A DNA stretch of 62,177 bases, filler included, from Globobulimina sp. (taxonomy: Eukaryota): the NCBI GenBank assembly GCA_003354225.1. It is 32 parts of 32 records of this genome, joined end to end, with 100 filler letters (N's around TTAATTAATTAA, not from the genome) between each part and the next. Parts side by side here need not be neighbours in the genome. Positions count along the whole stretch, not along the records: positions 23,367 to 25,213 come from PIVH01011285.1; positions 25,314 to 27,159 come from PIVH01011286.1; positions 27,260 to 29,105 come from PIVH01011287.1; positions 29,206 to 31,051 come from PIVH01011288.1; positions 31,152 to 32,997 come from PIVH01011289.1; positions 33,098 to 34,943 come from PIVH01011290.1; positions 35,044 to 36,889 come from PIVH01011291.1; 25 more parts are not named here. One strand, given 5' to 3'. The position numbers were made by a program, and so were the translations under genes. Shown here piece by piece: positions 23,367 through 35,386 of the stretch; within the stretch, counting starts at the first letter, position 1; every line of letters starts with the position of its first letter. The notes beneath the pieces are model-generated. The model worked only from the letters and a program-made list of their open reading frames with translations, was not told where the DNA came from and did not search any database.

Positions 23367-24885
23367 TTCAAAGCAACAGGCCACTCTCAACCATGAAAAT
23401 GCTTGTTTTACCTTTCTAGTTTCATATTGTTTTGCAATTTGAAATGTTTTCTTTGTATCTAATCCAATTTTATTCACATTAAACCCTAAATGCCGCGCCT
23501 TCTTTGTATACATTGCATCATTATTTGCATCCAATTCAAAGGTTAAAACAGCTTCATTGTCGGCGTTGTCCTCTAATACAAATCCATAGTTTACAAAAAA
23601 GCGGCTATTACATTTCCTGCCATAGGTTACAAATAACTCATCGCCAACATTCATGTTCGAGTTTGCCAAAACAACAAACGAATCACTCTCCTGTTTATAT
23701 GTCCATTTCACGCGATTTGGTGCCGGCGGTGCATGGTCAATTAAGTCAACAAATGGCACCAATCCGGACGTTTTATAATGGTCCACAACCATACCAAACA
23801 CGCGAGTAATTACCACCAAACGACCCCACACAAAATCGTCATAACTTATACCTGAATACAATTAAAATCACAGATATATGCTACAGAAACAAATTAATTC
23901 AATAGAACATACCTTCCACTTTAAATATTTCAGACAAATTGTTATATTCTAATCGCAGCGACTCCTTTCGATCGAGTATTTTTTGAATGGTAAAGGAGCC
24001 TTTTAAGCCATCTATCTCTCCCTCGCTGAAATAAACGGGGATCTCTGCAAACTCTGTCGGCAATGATTGGATGTATGGATACCAAAATGAGTCCGTTCCT
24101 TTCTTCCTTTCCATGGCTATGTATGCGGCTAAATAGGTCTGCCGCGAACGTAAATCTTTTAAGCCAATCTGCTGTCCAATGGATGACTGTGTCGCTATGT
24201 CGCGAGTTAAGATGCATTTACGTGGTATGGACGCAAACACTGTGCCGGTTTCTATGGTTGGTGAGATGGCATAGAGTCCATTCACTTCGCGCACCCCAAA
24301 ATTATTAAACTCTGCTTTGTTTAAACGTAGCCAATCCATTAACATGTTATATTTTTGTTTGGTCATTTCATTCCATAACCTTTTCATATTAAATATGTTT
24401 CCCAATGACTGGATTATTATTTTTATTATCGATATTTCATATCTCTGGTAATTAGTATGCAAAAACTCTCTGCGAAGGAAGCCGATTATTAATAGATTGG
24501 TTTGCGTGGTCATCAATGTGTCATCTACATAGGTTTCAAGTGATTCTTTACTATGATTGTTTTCTACTTTTCGCGGTGTTCCACAGCCTCGGCACTTGTC
24601 ACGCGTTGGGAAATTATTAGTATTACAGCCAACGCAAAACCAACCACCTCTACCTCTGTAACCACCAGCACCACTGCCAAGGCCATAGGAAGGATATGAT
24701 GCCTCGATCTTCTGCTCTGCCAATGGCTGTCCTGTCACTTCTGTGTCTTGCGTTGCATCTTCTGCAGTATTTGGGTTATTGTCGGTTGATTCTGCTGTGG
24801 TTGTTGGGTCCTCAATTGGTTTGTTAATTGTTGGTTCTGCTTCATCAGATGCATCAGATACAATTGGTTCTACTTCGTCTGCCAT
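23367..24885 (-). CDS. SETD3/Rubisco-LSMT-like SET methyltransferase with N-terminal RanBP2-type zinc finger (intron 23852-23912), 3'-partial
   Basis: WFCVGCNTNNFPTRDKCRGC; SFWYPYIQSLP; LVPFVDLIDH; ELFVTYGRKCNSRFFVNYGF. Confidence 0.85.
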
Positions 24886-25313
24886 TATTAAACAAAAAAA
24901 CTGTCGAACCTTAACAACTAAACAGTCGGATTTCGGAACTCATCGTTGAGCCGTGGTTTGATTTTATTTGTATTTTCAGAATAAGAAAGTGCGTAAACAA
25001 AATTTGCAACTATATATAAGAAATTAATAAAAAAAAGGGAGAAATAATACAGGGAATACGCACATTGTATATGGGTATAATATATGTAACAAAATTACAA
25101 AAATTAAAAAAAAAACTTTACAAAGCCTTCATTTTATTCTTTTTCTTGAAAACATTAATTCAATATCAACAAGTAATGATAAACAAAACACAGTCACACT
25201 AACTCTGTCGTCANNNNNNNNNNNNNNNNNNNNNNNNNNNNNNNNNNNNNNNNNNNNTTAATTAATTAANNNNNNNNNNNNNNNNNNNNNNNNNNNNNNN
25301 NNNNNNNNNNNNN

Positions 25314-27021
25314 CTCGGGACATTTTGAATTTTGTAACGTTTGGATTATCACTGGTATTAATGCCATTTATGATCACATGGTATCTGTCCTTTTATTATT
25401 TAAGGAGTTTAGATGAAATCTACCGGAGAAGACTCGCAACTTCATTATTAATTGGTTTTCTATGCATGTGTGGTACATTACTATCACATAACTTGCAGTT
25501 GCTATTTTTAAATATCACCTCCATAAAATACATCCCATATTCAAATTTATTAGTTTTTATAATTATTTATCACACAACAAGTGGCGTTTACCATTTGCTG
25601 ACCTACAGATCCTGGATGGTATATTATGACATAAAATGGAACAAAGCAATGGAAGATTCAAAATGGAGATTATTCATCGACCCAAATGAATCAAATTGGT
25701 ACTTACGGAATAAAACTAAATGGGGTTCCTCAAAACGAATGTTTACGATTATATTCTGCAACTGGTTATTTTTTGGGATTTGTGGCAGTGTGTCGATAAT
25801 TGCTGGTGGCCCAAATACGCCGGCAAATAAATTGTCCAAAATGTCAATCGGTGTGCCTGGCTTTATTATAATTCCTATTGATGCCATATTATATTTTAAA
25901 ATGCCTTCATTTAATGACATATATTCGATTCACGATGAAACAAAATTATTATTAAAGTTTAAAATCGCATTTTTAACGAGCTTTTTTATCATAACATTAG
26001 TGATAAACGCACAAGTATACACATCCAAATATGTTCTGTTAGCCAGCAGTGGAATACTGTCGTCATTTGGTATTACATTTATTATGTTTTATTATGTATT
26101 AAAGGTATAAACGTATATTATGTTACAGCATATACTGACTTTACTTACATTTACTTTGAACAGAAACTTAATTTGCCAACAAATCCTTACTACGCTGCAG
26201 CATATACATCATCAAAATGTATGGAATGGGATATCTCTCAAAGTGGTCATATGAAAACGCTGTCGCAGAGCAAACAAATTTCATTTGAAGATGTTAAAAA
26301 CATAAAATTAAAACACATATTACAAGAAAAACATGGATTTAATTGTTTTGCTAGACATTTGACCAAAGAATTTTGTTTAGAAAATTTACTATTTTTTGTG
26401 GAAACTCAAGAATGGATACATTTGTTACAAGAGAAGGACACAGAGAACAATATAGTTTTTAAACGTGGTTTTGATAAAATAGTGTTTCCGGACAATGCAC
26501 CAAAATCGATGATTATTGAAAAAGCAAAGAAAGACAGTACGATTAAAATAGAGAATGATAATAATAATGCATTGGGTGTATTGGATGCGGTGATTGTCTT
26601 TGATGATAAAGGCAATATTGTTCAACAACATTCACATTCGAGCATTAATCGCGAGAAATGTCCCAATGAGTTGAAGGAGAAAAACAATACGGATTTTGGG
26701 CTGGATTTTGCAACAATTTTTGAGTATTTACAATGCATTCGTTTATTCAAAAAATACATACCAAATGATTCATATTTTTGTATAAATATCGATAGTTCAT
26801 CGAGAAAGAACGCATTTGCTAAATTTGGTTATAATCAAAGTAATGAGTATGATATTATTAACAATTTAAAAAATAATGAAATTAATAAAGAAAAGTTAGC
26901 TCATATCTTTGATGAGTCGCGAGAGCAAATATATGCTTTGTTAAATTATGCATTTGCAAGGTTTAAAAGAACAGAAGAATTTCAAATATTATCACAAAAC
27001 TTATTATCTTCACAAAAATGA
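25314..27021 (+). CDS. Multi-pass (7TM-like) RGS-domain protein (intron 26105-26163), 5'-partial
   Basis: TM helices spliced in frame to an RGS domain: GFNCFARHLTKEFCLENLLFFVE...KYI...CINIDS...AFARFKRTEEF. Confidence 0.85.
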
Positions 27022-27259
27022 AAAAAAAATAGGTTCTCATTAATAATTTTGTTCGTGTAATTTTAATTTGTGAGATGTCTGTATTTGTTTTTGGTTGAAT
27101 GGATATAACTGTCGTAATAACTGAAACACCTTCGAAACATCAGTGATTGTCATATTATANNNNNNNNNNNNNNNNNNNNNNNNNNNNNNNNNNNNNNNNN
27201 NNNTTAATTAATTAANNNNNNNNNNNNNNNNNNNNNNNNNNNNNNNNNNNNNNNNNNNN

Positions 27260-28433
27260 ATAAAACATAGAAATTACCAAAACAACTGTAATTTCTTCCA
27301 GTTTGATTCATGTAATCCTCTTTATTAGAATCAATGTCTTCATCTTCTCGGTTCAACATCGACGTTGTAGATGTTGATGCTGTTAAATTAAATATTTCCT
27401 TATTATCATCAACAGCTAACGTTCCTTCTTTATTTGGTTTATCATCTTTATCTTCATCTGCCTCCTCTGCTGTGCTTATAAATTCTGTCAATTCACCAAC
27501 AACAGTTTCTTGAATTGCATTTTGGACACTTGTTCCTATGCCATTTTGTGTTGGCATAAGTGTTGGAATTGAACCATCAGTTTTAGTTTGGTTCAATGAT
27601 TGTACGTATACTGGTTTTGTAGTTGTGGCTTCAGATGTTGTTGGCTGCATTGTTGTTGGTAGAGATGTTGTTGGCGGAGAGGTGGTAGGACTTATTGTTG
27701 GTATTTTTGTTGTAATTATAACCGGCGCATTTGTCGGAGATCTGGTTGGTCGCACTTTTTTTGTCGGTGAAGACGTTAATATTGCATTATTTTGTGGTGC
27801 ATAGGCACTGCAAATATCTGTCATTGTGGCATTAACACATTCAATGCCCGCGCCATCATTTAATACGTAACCAATGGTTCTGAATGTTGCATCATCACTT
27901 TCATCAAAAGACATTGTGTCTTGACGGGTGCATATTGAAATAGTTCTTGTTGTTTTCAATCCGACAGCCATCGGAATTTTAATGCCGCTTAAACTGGTGG
28001 GATTTTCCGGATCTGATTGGTTTATATAAAAATGAGGAGATGCACCTTGAAGTGGGTCGAATCCTGTTACATAATCTTGATTGGACACATCTCGTAAACT
28101 CCATATTGCTGTTGATAAACAATCAGAAGTTGTTGGTATTATGATATAATTTAAACTATTTCGATCACCACATGAACTATCAGCTGATGCATCTGTTATT
28201 ATATAATTTGTGCAATACATTGGCCCTGCAAATGCAGCCTGAAACTCTTCATCAATTTGTTTGGTCATGCTCCTTGAATACGTTATAGAAAATTCGGCTC
28301 CATCTTCTGAACATGAACAGGTTTGGCTGTCACAACCATAAATATGCCATAAAATGGCTAAAAATGTGAAATATTGATAAGACATTAAGAATTGACGATT
28401 TAAGGATTTTAGCTTTCTTAAGCTTGTGTGCAA
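27260..28433 (-). CDS. Secreted/surface protein with Cys-containing domain and PT-rich stalk, 3'-partial
   Basis: Signal-like N-terminus, SPT/PTT repeats, acidic region. Confidence 0.65.
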
Positions 28434-28542
28434 AAAAATTAAAAAACTGTGTGTTTATTTGGACTAAATATCTAGTTTTGTGTGGACTAGTCCGTTTGCA
28501 AACAACTTACATAAATAAATAAAATTATTATCAAATAATCAA

Positions 28543-28935
28543 TTATGAATTATCTTCTCCAACACAAAAATCTGTTACACAATCTACTACAATATTTATG
28601 GTATGTTGTGTGACAGTGGATGCAAGAAATGTGTTTGATAAATCAGATACATGAATAGCATTAACAAATCCATGTCCCAATGTTTTATATCCTTCACGTT
28701 CATTGTCTTTGCTTGAAACATATTGACAAACATCCCAACACCTAACGAAAAAATCATCCAGTTTTTGATGATACTGATCGTTTAATGTTTTATTAAACGT
28801 ATTAATATCATTTAAAAACCCCTTAAATGCACCAATCAACACTTCATTTTTAATTCTACCATCACACTCTAACTCAAATATTTTGCTTGAATATTTATCG
28901 GCTAATCCGCCAAATAGACTAAATTCAGCACACAT
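28543..28935 (-). CDS. Hypothetical protein
   Basis: 130-aa ORF with no recognised motif. Confidence 0.35.
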   Translation of the reverse strand: MCAEFSLFGGLADKYSSKIFELECDGRIKNEVLIGAFKGFLNDINTFNKTLNDQYHQKLDDFFVRCWDVCQYVSSKDNEREGYKTLGHGFVNAIHVSDLSNTFLASTVTQHTINIVVDCVTDFCVGEDNS

Positions 28936-29205
28936 TGGACTAAATCACTCTAGCTCAAAATGTTGAAATAAAAACAAAAATCATTATTGTTGTCGACGAT
29001 TTGAGGTCAGGTAGAAAGTTTACTAAAAACACACAGAAACCCAAACCTAATTTCTTCTGCCACAAACGCACAGAACAAAATGGCAGAACAAATATAACAG
29101 TTTTTNNNNNNNNNNNNNNNNNNNNNNNNNNNNNNNNNNNNNNNNNNNNTTAATTAATTAANNNNNNNNNNNNNNNNNNNNNNNNNNNNNNNNNNNNNNN
29201 NNNNN

Positions 29206-29889
29206 TTTTTATGTATGGAATATATTGGATTTGTAATACATTCCTCCATATTAAATGACGAAGAAGAATATACATTTTGCCAGTTATTATTGAAACATCA
29301 TAAGAATCAAAATATAACGTCACCATTCACAAATAAATATTATGTTAGATATTTTGATTTATTGTATAGAGCATCTATACATGGTATGAATGATAGATAT
29401 AATAATTTAACATTGTTAACAAAATGCCAAAACAAAGCAAATGTAGTAATTTTATGTTATACAAATTATGATCATGTATTTGCACTTTATTTGAAGAGTC
29501 CATTGGTTTCTGACCATGTTGGTGGTCTACGCAGTATGTCCAAAGACTATAATATTTGTTTATTTTTATTAAGATCCCAATTTATTTATGGTGAACGCAG
29601 TGATGTTCAACTGTTATCAAATAGAAAATGTCCAAGAATTATTCAATTAAAAGCAAATAAAAACATTGAAAATGTATTGTTTAGAAGTTGGCATAAAGGT
29701 ATTATTTGGATCACAAATGTATCATTATCAACCACTAAAATCAAAGAACCACACTCTGTAAGATATAGACATGGTATTTGCGAAATGGATTTTGTCGGTA
29801 ATGAAATATGTGGAGGATATTCATTTGATGCATCACAAGATCGATATAATTTTGCTTGTAAAGAAGTCGAAGTATATCAAATATTATGA
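29206..29889 (+). CDS. TLDc-domain protein, 5'-partial
   Basis: LLYRASIHG...CQNKANVVIL..TNYDHVFALY...EVEVYQI. Confidence 0.75.
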   Translation, partial: FLCMEYIGFVIHSSILNDEEEYTFCQLLLKHHKNQNITSPFTNKYYVRYFDLLYRASIHGMNDRYNNLTLLTKCQNKANVVILCYTNYDHVFALYLKSPLVSDHVGGLRSMSKDYNICLFLLRSQFIYGERSDVQLLSNRKCPRIIQLKANKNIENVLFRSWHKGIIWITNVSLSTTKIKEPHSVRYRHGICEMDFVGNEICGGYSFDASQDRYNFACKEVEVYQIL

Positions 29890-30021
29890 GACTTGAATTG
29901 TGATTGTTGGTGATCGATATTCAATTTCAATTAATTTATTATTGTTAGCGATTGAAGTTATTCAAAGCTAGCAACGTATAATAAAAAAGCTTTTTACTCA
30001 AAATTTACTTGGCAGTTGACA

Positions 30022-30636
30022 ATGGGTTGCTGTTCTTCTTCAAACTTACCTCCAAATGCAAAACCATTATCCGCCAATGACTCACGAGTCGTGACTATTT
30101 TGCAAGATTTACAGGGAGAATGGGAGGTATACCAAATAATTGGTGGAACCAAAAGTTATCAATCAGCACTCATTGTAACTGATAATAGTTATAAATATAA
30201 AACAGAAAAATCTGTCTCTCGATCATTTTATTGGTTCGCTGATCCCAGTCAAGCAAATAAAGTATATTATGACAAAGACGGTTCATTTTTTGAAAGCATA
30301 GATACTACAAAAGGTGAAGTGACATTAACTCATTGGGAAAAAGGAGCGGTTGTTTCGCTTGTTTGGAGCCGACCGGATAAATATTTATTTTTACATCAAT
30401 TTCAAAAATCCAAGTCTGCCTCGATGGAGATAGATATACGAAATTTAATTGTGAATGCCGAAAGAGTTGAAAATAATATTGAAGAAACTACATCATTGAC
30501 AGTGCCACAATCTCCTATAAAAATAGTCTGCGCAGATTGTGATAAAAGTGTGCAAAAAAAGAATGCAAAAATGTATGAGGATAATTGGTACTGCATGCAA
30601 TGTCTCAGTGCATATGATAATGATTTTGATGTTTAA
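30022..30636 (+). CDS. Dually acylated (MGCCSS) protein with C-terminal CxxC...CxxC zinc finger
   Basis: N-myristoylation/palmitoylation-type start; CADC...WYCMQC. Confidence 0.6.
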   Translation: MGCCSSSNLPPNAKPLSANDSRVVTILQDLQGEWEVYQIIGGTKSYQSALIVTDNSYKYKTEKSVSRSFYWFADPSQANKVYYDKDGSFFESIDTTKGEVTLTHWEKGAVVSLVWSRPDKYLFLHQFQKSKSASMEIDIRNLIVNAERVENNIEETTSLTVPQSPIKIVCADCDKSVQKKNAKMYEDNWYCMQCLSAYDNDFDV

Positions 30637-31151
30637 CTCTATATTAACGGTTTGGTGCTATATTTGTTGTTTTTATGACAAGTTTGCTTCTATGTAATAT
30701 ATATAAATAATGTCACTTAAATACAGATAGCATTGCATTTTTTTGTTTCATAATTACAACACCATGCGTTAGTGCTAATTATATGAATAAGTGAATTCAC
30801 ATATCATTACCACATGTGCGCTTTGGGCAGAGAGTTGGATACAAACTGAAAGTGCGAGTGCATTTGATAAACACTGACCCAGTTCACTTCAATTTCAAAA
30901 CTGCTAACTTCCACTCTCATGCAATGTCGCTGACGAAGGCTATAAAATTTCGATTTTTAACAGCTCAATTGTCACAACCAGAAACTACTCATTTTGTGAA
31001 TAAATTATTAACTGATAACACAAGTATTATTGTTGCAGCATTATTTCGTCANNNNNNNNNNNNNNNNNNNNNNNNNNNNNNNNNNNNNNNNNNNNTTAAT
31101 TAATTAANNNNNNNNNNNNNNNNNNNNNNNNNNNNNNNNNNNNNNNNNNNN

Positions 31152-32533
31152 GATATAGAGGTCAGGTTGAAATTAGCGGTCCATTGTCTACATCAACTTC
31201 ATTTGAAGTTGCCTCAAATTTTGCAAACATGAATACTGGCTTAATTATACAATTTGGTATATTCCGTGAAAAATATTTTTCTGTTTCATGGCTGTCGGAT
31301 TATGCAAACGAAAAAGAATATTTATTCATTCAAAATAAGCAAGGTCTAATTATTGAGGATATTGTCGATATTCACAATGGATTTGAATATGCTCTCATTT
31401 TAAATGCAGTGCAACTGATTGAAAACATGACAGTGGAGGGATCTGTGAAAGTTGATGCCTCATTACAGGCATTGATGAAAGCAATTTTTTCACATAGATT
31501 AGCAAATATGTTTCCTGGATATACTTCATTTCAATCCTTAACAGAATTTGGTGCAAATATATTGGATACGTTTTTTAGACAAAAAACCGATATCACAGTT
31601 ACATATTGGAAATTGCGAAAGCGTTGTTCGTTTTTATCAGATTTTTTTGTTTATTCAGATTATGAATGGATAAATTTGAAATTATTAAATGTATTATTTC
31701 CAAATGTCGCTACGATCACTGTAAAAGAAATCAATTTATGTTCAACGATATTTGATAATATTCTGTTGCATATACAGAATAATACTGAGTCAAAATTGAA
31801 ACAAATAACAATTAGTGGCTGTAAATTGAAAAATGCAGTGTCAATTAAAGATGTCATGCAAAAATATTGCTCAATATATAGAGGAATAAATGCATTCATT
31901 TATGCTAATTTGAACAACCGACAGATCTGTATTGAAAGATGCAGTAAATTGGAATTTGTAATAAAAGTAATTGATTATATGAATGCTTTATATTTTGTGG
32001 ACAAAGAGAATGAGATCGAAACATTCATTCAAAGATTGATTCAAACGAAATTAGCTCAATTACCACGTTCGAGTCAAGTTAATGATGCTGATCAACAATG
32101 CTTTGATCAATTTTGCAATGAAATGGAGTGTGTCCAGATCTTTTGGGATGATTTCTGTTTAAATAAACATTCATATTTATTCAGTTTAATTTGTCATTCA
32201 AAATATGAATGGGTGAACATTGCAACTTTAAATCAATTATTTGTCAATATGAAAAAGGTAAAGATTGCTAATATTGATTTACACCCATTCATATTTGAGG
32301 ATATTTTGGATTATTTGACGACTAGTACTGTTAAATCAAAATTGCAGGAAATTAGGATACTTCAGCCATATGAGGAAGGATTGAATATGGATGATGCAGT
32401 TGTGGCATATAAAAAAAAGTTTGATTCAATAGATTTTACCATGTCAATAGAAATGGATCACACATATGATGAGGAAGGAGAGGACTATTTATTAATTGTA
32501 AGAAAATCAAAAGAGAGAAAGATTATGATATAG
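31152..32533 (+). CDS. ADP-ribosyltransferase-like (STS/ExE) domain protein with a duplicated C-terminal repeat, 5'-partial
   Basis: GPLSTSTSFEVA..FA and SWLSDYANEKEYLF; repeat YEWINLKLLNVLFPNV / YEWVNIATLNQLFVNM. Confidence 0.6.
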
Positions 32534-32638
32534 GCACAGTGGCACACTCTAATTCCTTTTTTTGCTCTAAGAAAACTTACAACTCAGTGACAAAGATATA
32601 GCAAAGCGAAAAAAAAGCAATATTATCTTTTACGTACA

Positions 32639-32997
32639 ATGCGTTCACTTTTACAAATGGCCTTATTTATGTTTCTTACATTTCATCAAATCATCGTTAT
32701 GATGGCAACTGTTCACGATTTGGCAAATGTAAAGTTGGAGAGAGGATCAATTCGATTACGGCATTCTGATAAATTGGATTTGAAGCAAATCATTTCATTT
32801 GACAAAGTATTGTCGATTTTAATGAATAACCCATCGATAAACACTCATTATGGTCAATCTCAATATTTACAAATCATCACAATAATCAATAAAATCATTC
32901 AAACAAATCATCAAAAGCATCAATTTTTTGCACCAATGTTTGGATCTGACCTTTTTTTGAATTGTATGAAATGCAAAATGTTATTGAATACACAAAA
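32639..32997 (+). CDS. 3'-partial hypothetical secreted protein
   Basis: ATG ORF with a hydrophobic N-terminus running into the spacer. Confidence 0.4.
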
Positions 32998-33097
32998 NNN
33001 NNNNNNNNNNNNNNNNNNNNNNNNNNNNNNNNNNNNNNNNNTTAATTAATTAANNNNNNNNNNNNNNNNNNNNNNNNNNNNNNNNNNNNNNNNNNNN

Positions 33098-34910
33098 TAA
33101 TATCAATGGTTGATTCAACAGCAAACAGACCCAAAACACCAACCAATTTAAGCGGAATAACATACCAAATAAGCGATTGATATTAAACACAGAGGTTTTG
33201 ATGAAAAATGAAGTGTTTCCAAAGCCAGTCATCCAGACATAGGCACCGATAAATACACGGATCATATTATATACTTCTGCGGCGTCGAAATAATGGTACA
33301 TTACAAACACAATTTGCATGATTCCCTTCCATTCCTCCGTCTGTAGCCGAGATACGATTTTGTCACAATCTTTACTGGTATTTTTGGTAAAGGTTAGATA
33401 CGAAACTAATAAAAAAACCATATGCAGAAAGATAAAGAAATCGCGATTGTAATGCTTCAAAGAGGGAGATATGAATAAATGTTGTGGCCCATCAAATAGA
33501 TACAGTAAAATTAAACAAATCGCAATTTGAAAAAATGCCATGTAAACAGTCTGATGTTTAATATAATTATTCAGCCATATACGCATTAATTGGATGTTCA
33601 AAAGTGGCGGTAATTGCAATTCATACTCATCCTCTTTTATTTTACCATCAACCAATTCGGTGTCGGAAGCCAGCTTTTTATCCACCACCGGCCTTTTATC
33701 CCTCTCCCTGTCTCGGCGCTGATTGTTAGTTTGTTCATTATCACTCTCCTTCATATTAATGCAAATTAAATAAAATATAGGAAACAACAGAAACTATCTT
33801 AACTTTGATGCCACTGCTATTTGGTGCTAAAGTGCCATCGTTTACGATCACTTCGTCATTGCTGTCAGATAACAATGTCACTAATTCTTGTTCGTGGTCG
33901 TGGACGTGGATAGTTTTTGCTTTTTTGCCATAAAATTGAAGCTTACAACATTGGGCAATGAGCACAATGACAAAAATCCACGAATAAAACAATAACGTCA
34001 TGATCTGCCCCGCCGTCAACTTGTCGTGGATCCAGGCGGCCGATGGGTCGGTATTTAAATGGTAAAAGATACGAATCAGTCCTTCTGCTTCCAACCTCGC
34101 TCTATGCATTGAATGAATACCGTCATAATTCCATTTGTTGTAAGTGATATTCTTAAATGTATCGTAATAATACTCATAGGCGTTACTGTCGAGTGTAGAA
34201 TACAATTCTTTTTGTTTGGTGATGCATTTTTTATAAACTGTCTGGTTATCGAACCAATCGGCGGTTTTCCTGTGTTTTGTGAGGTATTCGTCGTGGATTT
34301 GCGAAGGGGGTATCCACATCATAGGGATCTGCGGATATTTTAATTTGAAATTGACAATGGTTTCCGATAATTTTTGCCATGATTGTAGCATGTTTTTGTG
34401 ATCGTATAATAGATCATGTAACCCATCATTTAGGATTAATAAATCTGGCATTCTGCCATCAGGTAATTGCGGGGCGCCATCTTCAGATAATCGTTGGGTT
34501 AAATTGTCGTAGTATTCGTAATAATGGAATGTAAAGCGTGAGCCAGCTAATCTTTCCTCTATTTTGCGATCTTGTTTTTGGTCTGGAATACGATCGAATG
34601 ATTCTGATTTTATAATGCCCAGCAACTGTAAGAATAATTGACGTAAAGTTGATTCGCCCATAAATACGATCCATTTGTCGCGTAATTGGCGGATTGCCTG
34701 ACTCGAGGTTATGTGGGATGGGTAGGTGCAATGTGGTGATGGAACTAAGGCTTCTTCGATGCACTTTAATGTTTCTGGTGATACTCTACCTGTTTATTGT
34801 ATATTGATTGTGAGTAGCTATGCCTGACAAACATAATGAATGTATATACCATTAACAACTATCATGAACGAGATGATGATTGTAAAAATTAGCTGAACTA
34901 CCGCTGCCAT
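33098..34910 (-). CDS. CASD1: CASD1/Cas1p-type O-acetyltransferase (introns 34790-34849 and 33749-33803), 3'-partial
   Basis: Signal peptide; WIVFMGESTLRQ and DGIH of an SGNH-like domain; RLQTEEWKGIMQ..YHYF..YNMIRVFIGAYVWMTGFGN of the Cas1_AcylT domain. Confidence 0.88.
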
Positions 34911-35043
34911 GGTAAAAATGGTTGCCAAGGCGGAACTCGATGCNNNNNNNNNNNNNNNNNNNNNNNNNNNNNNNNNNNNNNNNNNNNTTAATTAATTAAN
35001 NNNNNNNNNNNNNNNNNNNNNNNNNNNNNNNNNNNNNNNNNNN

Positions 35044-35380
35044 TTCAGTTCATGGTTCTGATCGACGTATTTCTATTGAATCACCAAAAAAACATCGTTC
35101 AGTATTTATTAATGGTGATGCTAATGATAATGATAATGGTGATGGTGAGATTAAACTTCAAGTTGCAGAATCTGTACATATACAAAAGACAAATACAAAT
35201 ACACTAAACACAATACAAAGACATACATTGCGTCGACTGAGTGAAGGCAACAGCCCTCTTAGTAACAAAAGTTCACTGCCAAATTCTGCATTACTATCTT
35301 CTCTTAATTATGATGGTACAATGGAACAATTTCAAACAAAGAATGAATCAGAATTACATGTACAAGACGATAGCATTTAA
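35044..35380 (+). CDS. 3' end of an unknown low-complexity protein
   Basis: Open frame HGSDRRISIESPKK... to TAA 35378-35380. Confidence 0.5.
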
Positions 35381-35386
35381 AATATC

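Noticed and set aside
33098-33400. Cas1 as a CRISPR gene
   Set aside because: Cas1p/CASD1 is a capsule O-acetyltransferase unrelated to CRISPR Cas1.
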